The notes beneath the pieces were generated by a model. The model made no database searches. It was not told the origin of the DNA and worked only from the letters and a program-made list of their open reading frames with translations. From IMG/VR virus record IMGVR_UViG_3300013110_000368: DNA of 57,695 bases; one strand, written 5' to 3'. Shown here one piece after another: positions 1 to 8,318 of this stretch; positions within the stretch are counted from its first letter, which is position 1; each line of letters starts with the position of its first letter. The translations under genes were made by a program, and so were the position numbers. The stretch comes from an uncultured virus (IMG/VR IMGVR_UViG_3300013110_000368) (Duplodnaviria > Heunggongvirae > Uroviricota > Caudoviricetes > Kyanoviridae).

Positions 1-1526
1 TAGGCAAACAATCTATGACTTCCACCATCCTTTGATCCCAAAAGATTATATTTGGTATTTTTCTCTGCTGTAAACATCCACTCAACGAATGCCTTTTTGG
101 TTGCATTTGTAGGTCTGAAAATACTTGTCGAGACTCCCTTATCAATACCTATAAGTTGATACTGAAATGGATTGATGTATTCATCCATTTCATAATACCC
201 ACTGTAATCTTTATAAAGTGGGTCTGCTGATGTTTCCTCAATTGCCTCGATGCCGAAAATTTGTTCCAGATTAACATTCTCTTTCCAAGTTGGTATCATC
301 ACTTCTCCACCCAAACTTATCATTAATAGTTCTGGATGGTCTAAATCTGCATCAACATACTTTATTTTCTCTGCAAGATCTTCACCAGCTGGAATTCTTT
401 CTGATGGAGGTACTGCACTATTAACTAATTGATCTACCGTACCATTTTGTACTGACTTAAAGTACTCTTGGGCCCGCAGTTCTATCACCAAATTTTCATA
501 ATGCTTATCCTTTGGTCTTTCGGCAGTTTTTGAATACATTGCATCAACAGGTATACCAGCAGAATTTCCCATCAATTCTATTTCCACAGATCCCATCCAC
601 TTTGTTGCACCAATCAAAACCACCTCGAATTCGTTCATCGAGATTTCATTCCACGAACCATATTCATCTTCATCAGTTTGCATCATCATTTTCTGAATTT
701 CATCCAGAAATCCCTTCTTCATTATCTTCTCCGCACCATCATACCACTGACGAACTATCCACCCTTTGGTTTTCTTGTCTGGTACTAATTCTGGACGTTC
801 AACTCCACCAAATTCAAATGGTTTGCCTACTTGCATTTTCAATTCAGCTGCTAATTCATGAGTCATTGGTATACCACGTTTGGTGTTAAGAAGTACCCAT
901 TCCTCATCAATATATGAACCCTGATAATTTCCAAGTTTCAATTCCCCTGCTTTCTCTGATGCAAGGTTATCGTCCTTATAGATGTGGGCAAAATTTCTCA
1001 TGTATAGATCTTTGGGGAATTTCTTAACGGCACTGAGCATTATCTCACGTTTCAATTCATGAAATAGTTCGTGCAACTTTTCTACAACTTGGAAAAAGTG
1101 CCTTTGTGATGTTGATCGTTTTGCTTGTGTTAATAGATTAGAAATACGAATCCATCTCCGACCCTGATTGTCTTGCAATGACCAAAAATCACTACCCGAT
1201 TCAAGAACTGGATACCCGTGAACGATTGTCCAAACCCCACCAGTAGTGGCAATACCACCTTTAAGCAAGTCTTTCATCACACCTCTTGGTGTTGTCATGA
1301 CCGAAATTTGTCTGGCCGAATTTTGGATTCGTATTAAGTCGTCTATCCTATCGGCATTGGTGATGTGGATACCATATTTTTCAGTTGATTCTCCCTGTAA
1401 TCGAACCATCATCTTTTTGGATAGTGGGATATGTGAATGTTCGTTGAACACCAACCAATTAACTTCTTCTACCGCTTCAATCAATAGTGGTTGTTCTTCA
1501 GTGATGAATTTTTTAAATCTCAACAT
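1..1526 (-). CDS. Putative internal virion protein, runs off the left edge; paralog of 13859..14905; possible ADP-ribosyltransferase-like fold
   Basis: Not in the ORF track. My translation from ATG 1526 (MLRFKKFITEEQPLL...) stays open to base 1 (at least 508 codons). It shares PLSK.MM.R, HIT, GGI.T.GGV, D.QGRRW and WNEI with the 348-aa ORF. Confidence 0.8.
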   Translation of the reverse strand, partial: MLRFKKFITEEQPLLIEAVEEVNWLVFNEHSHIPLSKKMMVRLQGESTEKYGIHITNADRIDDLIRIQNSARQISVMTTPRGVMKDLLKGGIATTGGVWTIVHGYPVLESGSDFWSLQDNQGRRWIRISNLLTQAKRSTSQRHFFQVVEKLHELFHELKREIMLSAVKKFPKDLYMRNFAHIYKDDNLASEKAGELKLGNYQGSYIDEEWVLLNTKRGIPMTHELAAELKMQVGKPFEFGGVERPELVPDKKTKGWIVRQWYDGAEKIMKKGFLDEIQKMMMQTDEDEYGSWNEISMNEFEVVLIGATKWMGSVEIELMGNSAGIPVDAMYSKTAERPKDKHYENLVIELRAQEYFKSVQNGTVDQLVNSAVPPSERIPAGEDLAEKIKYVDADLDHPELLMISLGGEVMIPTWKENVNLEQIFGIEAIEETSADPLYKDYSGYYEMDEYINPFQYQLIGIDKGVSTSIFRPTNATKKAFVEWMFTAEKNTKYNLLGSKDGGSHRLFA

Positions 1527-1722
1527 CGTCCAATTCCTTTATGTATACTAGAATTCTATCTAATTTTGCTTCTATGCGAACAAGAGTTTCTGACAATGTG
1601 GTGTCACCCAATCCCAATTTATCCTGTACCACATCTGGTACAGGTATCGGTGATGCCTTGATTGCTGTCTTGGCAACATTCCGTAAGAGATTTTTAGGTC
1701 TGAGACTCATGCTAAAATTCAA
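1513..1722 (-). CDS. Hypothetical protein
   Basis: Fits the gene packing; C-terminal coiled-coil-like LVRIEAKLDRIL. Start may be ATG 1710. Confidence 0.6.
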   Translation of the reverse strand: MNFSMSLRPKNLLRNVAKTAIKASPIPVPDVVQDKLGLGDTTLSETLVRIEAKLDRILVYIKELDDVEI

Positions 1723-1759
1723 ACTCCAATCCCTTATTGAATCTTAGCATGATTTCCCC

Positions 1760-2626
1760 CTATAAGTCCATGTGTGTAACTTGGTATTCCTCTGCACTTG
1801 CCGAAACTTCGACCTTATCTGCTTCCTTTTCTTCGATGAACAAATGTCGCAATGACTTGCGTTGTTTGTCCTTTCTGCGTTGTACTGCATCTGCATAGGT
1901 ATCGTTTTCGTCATACAAGAATTGCAATTCCTGATGTGAGAAAAACTCATACAAACGACTTGGATGCGTACCAAACCCCATCCACGTCATAACGTCTATG
2001 CCAAACCCCAATTGGATATTGGTGATTCGTGAACATAACCCTAACAGACCACCATTAGCATGAAACACTCCACCACCCGAATTTCCAAAAATAGATGGTG
2101 CGTTGTACATGATATACGATTTCTGCTCGATGATTTCACGCAAATAGGTTAGTTCACCCTTATTTGAAAATGGATCGTGTAGCAAACTGCAACCACTAGT
2201 CCAAACTTCGTCAAATAATTTCATATCTGCAATTTCGTTCTTGGGATAGATGGAAGCAACCCAATCTTGTGGTTTGGTATTGGTAAGTCTCAGGGCCGCA
2301 AGATCATGATTTTTGTCATAGGCAATAATCTCTGCCTGTGTGCTATTTGCCGATGATATTTTTGAACCATCATAATCAAAAACCTCAACCGAGACTTCTT
2401 CCATGATGTCCTTTTTGATTTCTCGTTTCAGCAGTGAATCCCATTCGTCCTTGACCGAGATTGCACCATCAATGACGTGCTGACATGTCAAAACTATATT
2501 AATAAATTTCCCTGCATTATTAGGATCTTCTTTGCTGTACACCAGCACACCAGATCCCCCTGCTTTCCCTGCCTTGACTCTAGTGACAGGATACAAAACC
2601 TTTTCGTGTAATTCTTGTTGATTCAT
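1760..2626 (-). CDS. Trypsin-like (S1) serine protease
   Basis: Catalytic triad motifs LTCQHV, DLAAL and GNSGGG. GGAGA Shine-Dalgarno before ATG 2626 (MNQQEL). Confidence 0.85.
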   Translation of the reverse strand: MNQQELHEKVLYPVTRVKAGKAGGSGVLVYSKEDPNNAGKFINIVLTCQHVIDGAISVKDEWDSLLKREIKKDIMEEVSVEVFDYDGSKISSANSTQAEIIAYDKNHDLAALRLTNTKPQDWVASIYPKNEIADMKLFDEVWTSGCSLLHDPFSNKGELTYLREIIEQKSYIMYNAPSIFGNSGGGVFHANGGLLGLCSRITNIQLGFGIDVMTWMGFGTHPSRLYEFFSHQELQFLYDENDTYADAVQRRKDKQRKSLRHLFIEEKEADKVEVSASAEEYQVTHMDL

Positions 2627-2768
2627 AGCATAATTCTCCATACAAACAATAGTGTAATCCAAAATAATAATAATGTGATTGACAATGCCAACCAATACCT
2701 AACCCACAAATACAGCAGATAATGTTTCAATCCAACTGATTTCAATAGAACGAATCTGTCCTTATATT

Positions 2769-2776
2769 TATTTATA
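2769..2776 (-). promoter_or_regulatory. T4-type late promoter (TATAAATA)
   Basis: Exact consensus in the intergenic region upstream of the protease. Confidence 0.65.
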
Positions 2777-2783
2777 ACCCACT

Positions 2784-2849
2784 TCATTTCCCTGCCAATA
2801 TAATTAGGGTAAAAAGTACAATTATAACAACCAACTCAAAGTCAGTCAT
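2784..2849 (-). CDS. 21-aa single-TM peptide
   Basis: MTDFELVVIIVLFTLIILAGK; ATGA overlap with the iscA stop. Confidence 0.4.
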   Translation of the reverse strand: MTDFELVVIIVLFTLIILAGK

Positions 2850-3160
2850 ACACTGAAACTTTCACCGCATCCACAGGTTGAATTTGCGTTGGGATTTCCG
2901 ATGCGAAATCCATTACCCATCAACCCATCCTCATAGTCAATCTCAGACCCCGCCAAATACAAAATAGATCTCTTATCACAAATAAGGTGAAATTCCTCAT
3001 CAACCCACATCACCACATCCTTTTCATCATAATTGTCAAAGGAAAGGTTGTACTGGAAACCAGAACAACCACCCCCTTCTACCTTAACCCTAAGACCTAA
3101 TGTATTATCATCCATCATACCAATGCATTTCTGCATGGCAAATGGTGTTATTGTTAGCAT
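2846..3160 (-). CDS. iscA: A-type Fe-S cluster carrier (IscA/ErpA/HesB family)
   Basis: GGGCSGFQY and C-terminal NPNANSTCGCGESF motifs. Confidence 0.92.
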   Translation of the reverse strand: MLTITPFAMQKCIGMMDDNTLGLRVKVEGGGCSGFQYNLSFDNYDEKDVVMWVDEEFHLICDKRSILYLAGSEIDYEDGLMGNGFRIGNPNANSTCGCGESFSV

Positions 3161-3411
3161 TATTCCTCTACCAATCTAACCATCGTGATCTGACTACCAG
3201 AAAATGTCACATTTTTACCTGTATCAGTTTTCAGTGAAACAACATCTTCCATGTCATCCCACCAAACCCGTGAAACGATACCCGTGTTATACTCTCCCCT
3301 TGCTAGAATACCCACTCGTTTTTTGCTGTCCATTGCGTATCGGCAACAAGACACATTTCTTGATACCGAATTTTCAATCTTCGACAAATATTCACCGTTT
3401 ACAAACTCCAT
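3160..3411 (-). CDS. Hypothetical small beta-rich protein
   Basis: TAATG coupling to iscA; late promoter upstream. Confidence 0.6.
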   Translation of the reverse strand: MEFVNGEYLSKIENSVSRNVSCCRYAMDSKKRVGILARGEYNTGIVSRVWWDDMEDVVSLKTDTGKNVTFSGSQITMVRLVEE

Positions 3412-3442
3412 AGACCTGCCCCCTACGAACTTTATGCAAATG

Positions 3443-3450
3443 TATTTATA
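3443..3450 (-). promoter_or_regulatory. T4-type late promoter (TATAAATA)
   Basis: Exact consensus, intergenic. Confidence 0.6.
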
Positions 3451-3453
3451 ATT

Positions 3454-3549
3454 TTACGAAAGCAACGCAAGCATAATAAAGGCAAAAAATATCAATGTTC
3501 CAATCATGTCTGCAATAAACTTTTCATTATCTGAAAGTTTAGAAGTCAT
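3454..3549 (-). CDS. 31-aa single-TM peptide
   Basis: MTSKLSDNEKFIADMIGTLIFFAFIMLALLS; fills the gap between genes. Confidence 0.45.
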   Translation of the reverse strand: MTSKLSDNEKFIADMIGTLIFFAFIMLALLS

Positions 3550-3736
3550 TTATGGCCGTACCCCCCTTGAGTAGTGCTTCTGCTTGCCAGACCAGATCTC
3601 GTATCATGGCAAATTGCAACCGAGTTTTCCATGCCTTTTCTTCTTCTACAGTTCGATTCAGATTTTCAGAAATGTGCTTCATTTCCTCTACCAGTTCAAA
3701 AAATTCTTCTTTTTTCGATTCATCCATAATATCCAT
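3539..3736 (-). CDS. Hypothetical helical protein
   Basis: Start re-called to MDIMDES (3736) on a GGGGGAAG Shine-Dalgarno. Confidence 0.6.
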   Translation of the reverse strand: MDIMDESKKEEFFELVEEMKHISENLNRTVEEEKAWKTRLQFAMIRDLVWQAEALLKGGTAINDF

Positions 3737-3746
3737 ACTTCCCCCG

Positions 3747-4040
3747 TTAAAATCCTCTAAAACTTGTATCTCTAATAGGAATTCTAGGATTTGAACCATT
3801 TTCTTCAAACCCCTTATCATCCAGATAATCAATCAGATCCCCACTATCAACCTCAACTAACATATCATCATCAAGTTGAACACATGGTTGTGATTTCTGA
3901 CCTGTCTTTTCCACCATTTCTTTAAAATATTCTGGTATGTGAATTTGCCTTTCCTCGTATTCGATGCCATACTTTGCTAAAACCTCTCTTACACCCCGAC
4001 TGAAACTACATTTCTGTTTTAGGTATGCAATTGCGATCAT
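3747..4040 (-). CDS. Glutaredoxin-like protein, monothiol CSFS active site
   Basis: YLKQKCSFS, KTGQKSQPCV (cis-Pro loop); thioredoxin-fold pattern. Confidence 0.85.
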   Translation of the reverse strand: MIAIAYLKQKCSFSRGVREVLAKYGIEYEERQIHIPEYFKEMVEKTGQKSQPCVQLDDDMLVEVDSGDLIDYLDDKGFEENGSNPRIPIRDTSFRGF

Positions 4041-4198
4041 TCAGTACCATTCTCCTTGATATATTCTTGAAGTGCATTCTGTATCCACTTCTCTATTGCA
4101 GTTTGGTCATCTGTACCTAAATGTTCAACAATCTTCTGGTACAAATCTTCTTCTAATTCCAACTCGACTTCGTTCTGTTCTTCTTCATTCATCATCAT
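4037..4198 (-). CDS. Hypothetical acidic small protein
   Basis: Start re-called to MMMNEEEQ after a GGAGA Shine-Dalgarno. Confidence 0.55.
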   Translation of the reverse strand: MMMNEEEQNEVELELEEDLYQKIVEHLGTDDQTAIEKWIQNALQEYIKENGTE

Positions 4199-4541
4199 CA
4201 CTTGCTGTCTCCAATAGTGTGTTATCCTGTTCCGAATTGTTGAACCAAAAATCAATGACCTTGCCCCAACTTCCCACGAAAGCCCCAACCATGACCAAAA
4301 GCACCTCTTTCCAACCAGCAGTCAAATCCTTACCCAATGCCATAAATCCCATCATCAGCACAATTATCAAACCAAAGATGAAAATTATGCTAATAGTGGC
4401 ATACCATTTTCGTTGACTGCGATACATTATCAATTTCATAAATTCCTCATGTTCACTCACTTTCATCATTTGAGTTAATTCCTGTTCAATTTCCTCGATT
4501 TCTTCTACCACGTCCACCACCTCTTGATCTAAATTGCTCAA
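4185..4541 (-). CDS. Two-TM membrane protein, holin-like
   Basis: Two hydrophobic helices; GAFVGSWGKVIDFWF resembles phage holin-like C-termini. Confidence 0.55.
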   Translation of the reverse strand: MSNLDQEVVDVVEEIEEIEQELTQMMKVSEHEEFMKLIMYRSQRKWYATISIIFIFGLIIVLMMGFMALGKDLTAGWKEVLLVMVGAFVGSWGKVIDFWFNNSEQDNTLLETASDDDE

Positions 4542-5088
4542 TCATACGAGATCTTTCCTCTGGACTCGCATTCTGGAATCTTTGGATTTGTCCTTCCCAT
4601 TGCCCACGTCCTTGTCCTCTGGATCTCCCCTGCACTCTTTCAGTGCTTTGAGTAGATCTTCGTTGGCTTGAACGTGCAGATCCAGTTGTATCATTAGACG
4701 TTTGTTGAGTTCTCGCAGATGTACGTTCTCGTTTATTAGTTTTCGTTGAAAGGAAAGAAAGTCCGTTTCCGACATAAGATTTCCCCGATTTCATAACTAC
4801 CTTTTCGTTCGTGATCTTATTGATAACATCATCTCCCAAACTATCACCAACAGAAACGACCAACAAACGATTTCTTCCAATACGACTAACATATGCTCTA
4901 GCAAAATCCTCACCGACAATAGTGCCGATTAATTCAAATTTTGGTGTTGGGTCTGGTCTAGTCCAACCCAACGGTCTAAACAGATTGTTATCTGTAATGA
5001 CTTGATAGTACGCAAAATCGTTCTGCGTACTATCAATCTGTGTGAATAATAAACTGCTAACAATCAGGCAGATTTGGATCATAACCAT
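4486..5088 (-). CDS. GspC/PilP-like (type II secretion HR-domain) membrane-anchored protein
   Basis: Hydrophobic N-terminus; Y..I...NLFRP; FELIGTIVG; VSVGDSLG..VI.KI...KVV; Arg/Gly-rich tail. Confidence 0.6.
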   Translation of the reverse strand: MVMIQICLIVSSLLFTQIDSTQNDFAYYQVITDNNLFRPLGWTRPDPTPKFELIGTIVGEDFARAYVSRIGRNRLLVVSVGDSLGDDVINKITNEKVVMKSGKSYVGNGLSFLSTKTNKRERTSARTQQTSNDTTGSARSSQRRSTQSTERVQGRSRGQGRGQWEGQIQRFQNASPEERSRMIEQFRSRGGGRGRRNRGN

Positions 5089-5473
5089 ACATTCCTATAT
5101 CAGAATCAAGTTTCAAAGACCCCGTACTATCACTAATGGTCAAAGTTAATGCGTCCTTCAATGAAGTTTTTGATATTTCCTGAGCAAGTTTCATCCCATA
5201 CTCCGCCCATGAATCAAAATAATGCTGTTCTTCTTCCCCAAGAACCAATGCAATTTCCTGTACAATATCAGAATATTCTATATTAGGAAACTCACTGGCA
5301 ACCGTTCCAACCAGATCGGCATAAGCATCAAAGGTTGCTGATTCGTACCCATTAGACCCTGCATATATCCATGTAGCAAAATGACTGCTATCCAATGCCA
5401 CCATTGGATCTTTTTTAATCTGTTCACTGATAAACTCTTTCCGACTATCCGTTTCGTCTAAATATACTGGCAT
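5057..5473 (-). CDS. Hypothetical protein
   Basis: 138-aa ORF with a GGGGGA Shine-Dalgarno. Confidence 0.7.
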   Translation of the reverse strand: MPVYLDETDSRKEFISEQIKKDPMVALDSSHFATWIYAGSNGYESATFDAYADLVGTVASEFPNIEYSDIVQEIALVLGEEEQHYFDSWAEYGMKLAQEISKTSLKDALTLTISDSTGSLKLDSDIGMYGYDPNLPDC

Positions 5474-5482
5474 AATTTCCCC

Positions 5483-5590
5483 CTAAAATATTAATTTCCA
5501 TAAAAATTTTATTGTCAGTGTCCAAAAGGTGAAACAAAACAATAATATACCCATCCATACCAACAACTTGTACACATCGAACTCAAACAT
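5483..5590 (-). CDS. 35-aa single-TM peptide
   Basis: MFEFDVYKLLVWMGILLFCFTFWTLTIKFLWKLIF; ATG directly after the upstream stop. Confidence 0.5.
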   Translation of the reverse strand: MFEFDVYKLLVWMGILLFCFTFWTLTIKFLWKLIF

Positions 5591-5968
5591 TTAACTTGCC
5601 TTTAGTTCTTCTATATATTCCTCAAAGGATTGAGTTGTTTCTTCATACTTCTTTTTGGCATTGACATTTTCATAATATCTTGCCCATCCCTCTGCCCAAA
5701 CAGATTCTCGTTCGACAATTTCTCGCATCAAATTACCCAAAATTTTCCGAGTAGTTGCCATAGGCAATGCAGATTTTATACGATATGCAACCTGTGTGAA
5801 TGCATTTTCAAAATCTCTACCTACAAATCTACCACCTGATATGAATTGAGAAATCAAATCATAACTTTCTGGTACTACTCCCTCGTCTAATATTTTTTTA
5901 ACTAATTTCTCAAGCAACCAATCAACATCGTCACTAAAATCTTCATTTATCATTTCGTATAAACTCAT
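5591..5968 (-). CDS. Hypothetical protein
   Basis: TAATG coupling to nrdJ. Confidence 0.7.
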   Translation of the reverse strand: MSLYEMINEDFSDDVDWLLEKLVKKILDEGVVPESYDLISQFISGGRFVGRDFENAFTQVAYRIKSALPMATTRKILGNLMREIVERESVWAEGWARYYENVNAKKKYEETTQSFEEYIEELKAS

Positions 5969-7962
5969 TAAAACACCTCACATGAACCACCACTACAGGC
6001 AAGCTCACCTTGTAAATTTGTATTATCATCAATCTCAGTTACATCTTCCAGATTGATGCGTTGAATTTTCTTAGAGAATTCCTCATACTTGGATTGGTCA
6101 ATATCCTCGAATGGTGCTTGCACATACGTACCATTATCATATGGCAAAAATGACAGACCATTAAAGGCATCTTGATTATTCCACAACCACGTAGAAACTC
6201 TACCCCAATCATCTTGTTTGATACTAACAGTAGCAGACACGTTATGTGTATTCATACCACCATTATGGCCCGACTTCACCCATGTCTTGGTGAAGTGCTT
6301 GACCCGATTCAAGAACTGTTCCACATCCTCTGTTCTGACTTTTGCTCGATCTGGTGCTTTCACTGGTACAGTTATAACTGCCCCATCACCAAATACTTCG
6401 TCCTCTACCACTTCTGGAACATTCTCTAATAGGTATTTATATATTGCTTCATTCTTCCCAACACGCAAACGTCGATTGTAAAAATCGTTGTGCCATGCAT
6501 GTATGCCTGATGATGTACCCAAGACCAAACTACCTGTACCCTCTGGTTTGACACACGTAACCCTTTTTGCTGGATTGATACCTAGAATTTTAGCAATTCG
6601 TTGATTTTCCGCAACAGAACATTTTGCCGATTCCGCAAAATCGTATTCCATTTCATCAATAGATGCAATACCCGTCAACGAAACCCCCAACAGTGCTTCC
6701 TTCTCGGTCTGTTTTTTCCATTGCGCCCTAAGATAATGAAAATCGGTATAGGATGCCTGTAATGTACCTATAAATGCGGCTACTTCTGCCCGTCGATTCA
6801 AATCCTCTTGACTTTCCAAATCTGACACGTTGATTGATGTCAAGTTACAGAATTGGTACGGATTTAAACTGATTTCACAGCATGGGTTAGACCCCAATTC
6901 GATGTTATTAGTGAAATACAACCCTGGCTCACCAGACCCTGACTGCTTAATTACATCCCATTTGGTTTCAAATAGATCTTTGGTTATCAACGGTCTAGCA
7001 ATCACAATTGAGTTATTAGATCTGGCACGTTCTGGATAGAAATGATACCATTCCATCTTACCCGTTTTTTGCATGGTCTGATATGCCGCCGTGTTCAGAA
7101 ATATAGGTTGAGTTTTACAATATTTTCCATCTCTCCACACACTAACAATTATATTAAAAACGTCATCGTGACTTGACAGAATTTCTTCTTCGACTACATC
7201 ATATGCCGTTTTGCATTTCATCATTTCTTCGTCGGCAATGCTGAACAATGAGATCAACGCACTTCTGCGAATTCCCCCTGCCAATACTGCATCGGCAATC
7301 AGACATAAAACGTCATGACATTCCAAAGGTGATAATTTTTCACCATCCTTTTTGGCATCCAACATGGTTTGAATTTTGTTTATTGCCCGTTTCAATGGTT
7401 CTGGGCCAGGTGCTTTCCCCCCTGATATGACTAACCTCGCTCCCTTTTCTCTGACTGCTCGATAATCAAACAACGGCAACGGACGACCATCAAAATATGC
7501 TCTCATAAGCATCTTTATAGCATCTGCCCATCCTTCTATGGAATCCTGTACCAAATATCGACGTGATTTTATTGGTTTTCTTATCTCTGGCAACTGCTCT
7601 ACGTGATGTCTCTGCACTGAGTACCCCACTCCAGCACCCGACAACAGCAAAAACATAGTTTCTGAAAATGCCAACCAATCTGTGATTGGCAAATATGAAC
7701 AATTGAACATCCTTGATGGATTGACATCAATTGCTGTACCAGCAAACTGCATCGAACGCATTGATGGTATAACCTTTTTGGTGTAAACGTATTGGTAAGC
7801 AGAATCTATTTCATCTGCCAATTCTGGATATTTCTCTTTGTGCATTTCCTTGTTACGATCAACTGTTTCCTTAAAAGTCTCTCTCCGATTCTTTTCTGGT
7901 AGATATTTGGCATACTTCATATGATGTACCAAATCACTCAGAAATTCTAAATTTGTGTTCAT
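5968..7962 (-). CDS. nrdJ: Class II (adenosylcobalamin-dependent) ribonucleotide reductase, RTPR-like
   Basis: PSMRSMQFAG, FNCSY, GSNPCCEI, TCVKPEGT, C-terminal ACSGGSC redox pair; no NrdB partner in the window. Confidence 0.88.
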   Translation of the reverse strand: MNTNLEFLSDLVHHMKYAKYLPEKNRRETFKETVDRNKEMHKEKYPELADEIDSAYQYVYTKKVIPSMRSMQFAGTAIDVNPSRMFNCSYLPITDWLAFSETMFLLLSGAGVGYSVQRHHVEQLPEIRKPIKSRRYLVQDSIEGWADAIKMLMRAYFDGRPLPLFDYRAVREKGARLVISGGKAPGPEPLKRAINKIQTMLDAKKDGEKLSPLECHDVLCLIADAVLAGGIRRSALISLFSIADEEMMKCKTAYDVVEEEILSSHDDVFNIIVSVWRDGKYCKTQPIFLNTAAYQTMQKTGKMEWYHFYPERARSNNSIVIARPLITKDLFETKWDVIKQSGSGEPGLYFTNNIELGSNPCCEISLNPYQFCNLTSINVSDLESQEDLNRRAEVAAFIGTLQASYTDFHYLRAQWKKQTEKEALLGVSLTGIASIDEMEYDFAESAKCSVAENQRIAKILGINPAKRVTCVKPEGTGSLVLGTSSGIHAWHNDFYNRRLRVGKNEAIYKYLLENVPEVVEDEVFGDGAVITVPVKAPDRAKVRTEDVEQFLNRVKHFTKTWVKSGHNGGMNTHNVSATVSIKQDDWGRVSTWLWNNQDAFNGLSFLPYDNGTYVQAPFEDIDQSKYEEFSKKIQRINLEDVTEIDDNTNLQGELACSGGSCEVF

Positions 7963-8318
7963 GATCTCTCCCATTTTCCAAACTGTTGTGGTCTATATTC
8001 TTTAAGTTCTAATTGTGTCATTTTTCCCTTATCAAATACTGCAAGATATTCTATCCAATACCCTTCTTCGACTGTGTGAAACGTGATGGTACAACTCTCA
8101 ATAAATTCTTCAAACCGACCATCAGATCCATCTTTGCTAGAAAAGGTAGTACCACCCTTCTCCACTTCAAGAAATCCATCACTATTGATCCTATAGTTTT
8201 CCATAAATCGGTCTAGTGATTTGGTCTGGTATGTAAGAGAATTGAAATCTATCTCACAGGAATCATCATCTGGTTCTGGCATTACTCGATAGCATCTTAT
8301 TGTGTCGAACATTCCCAT
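7959..8318 (-). CDS. Conserved phage hypothetical protein (MGMFD...QTK type)
   Basis: MGMFDTIRC and YQTKSL motifs; TAATG overlap with the primase stop. Confidence 0.7.
   Translation of the reverse strand: MGMFDTIRCYRVMPEPDDDSCEIDFNSLTYQTKSLDRFMENYRINSDGFLEVEKGGTTFSSKDGSDGRFEEFIESCTITFHTVEEGYWIEYLAVFDKGKMTQLELKEYRPQQFGKWERS

Noticed and set aside
250..1551. Plus-strand ORFs at the left end
   Set aside because: Explained by the long minus-strand ORF 1..1526.
2627..2765. Hydrophobic open frame upstream of the protease
   Set aside because: No convincing start codon with a Shine-Dalgarno; treated as leader sequence.
7052..7209. Possible intein or intron in nrdJ, and in other core genes
   Set aside because: Too short and lacks the terminal HN; gp43, gp17, gp41, gp46 and uvsW are uninterrupted and of normal length.
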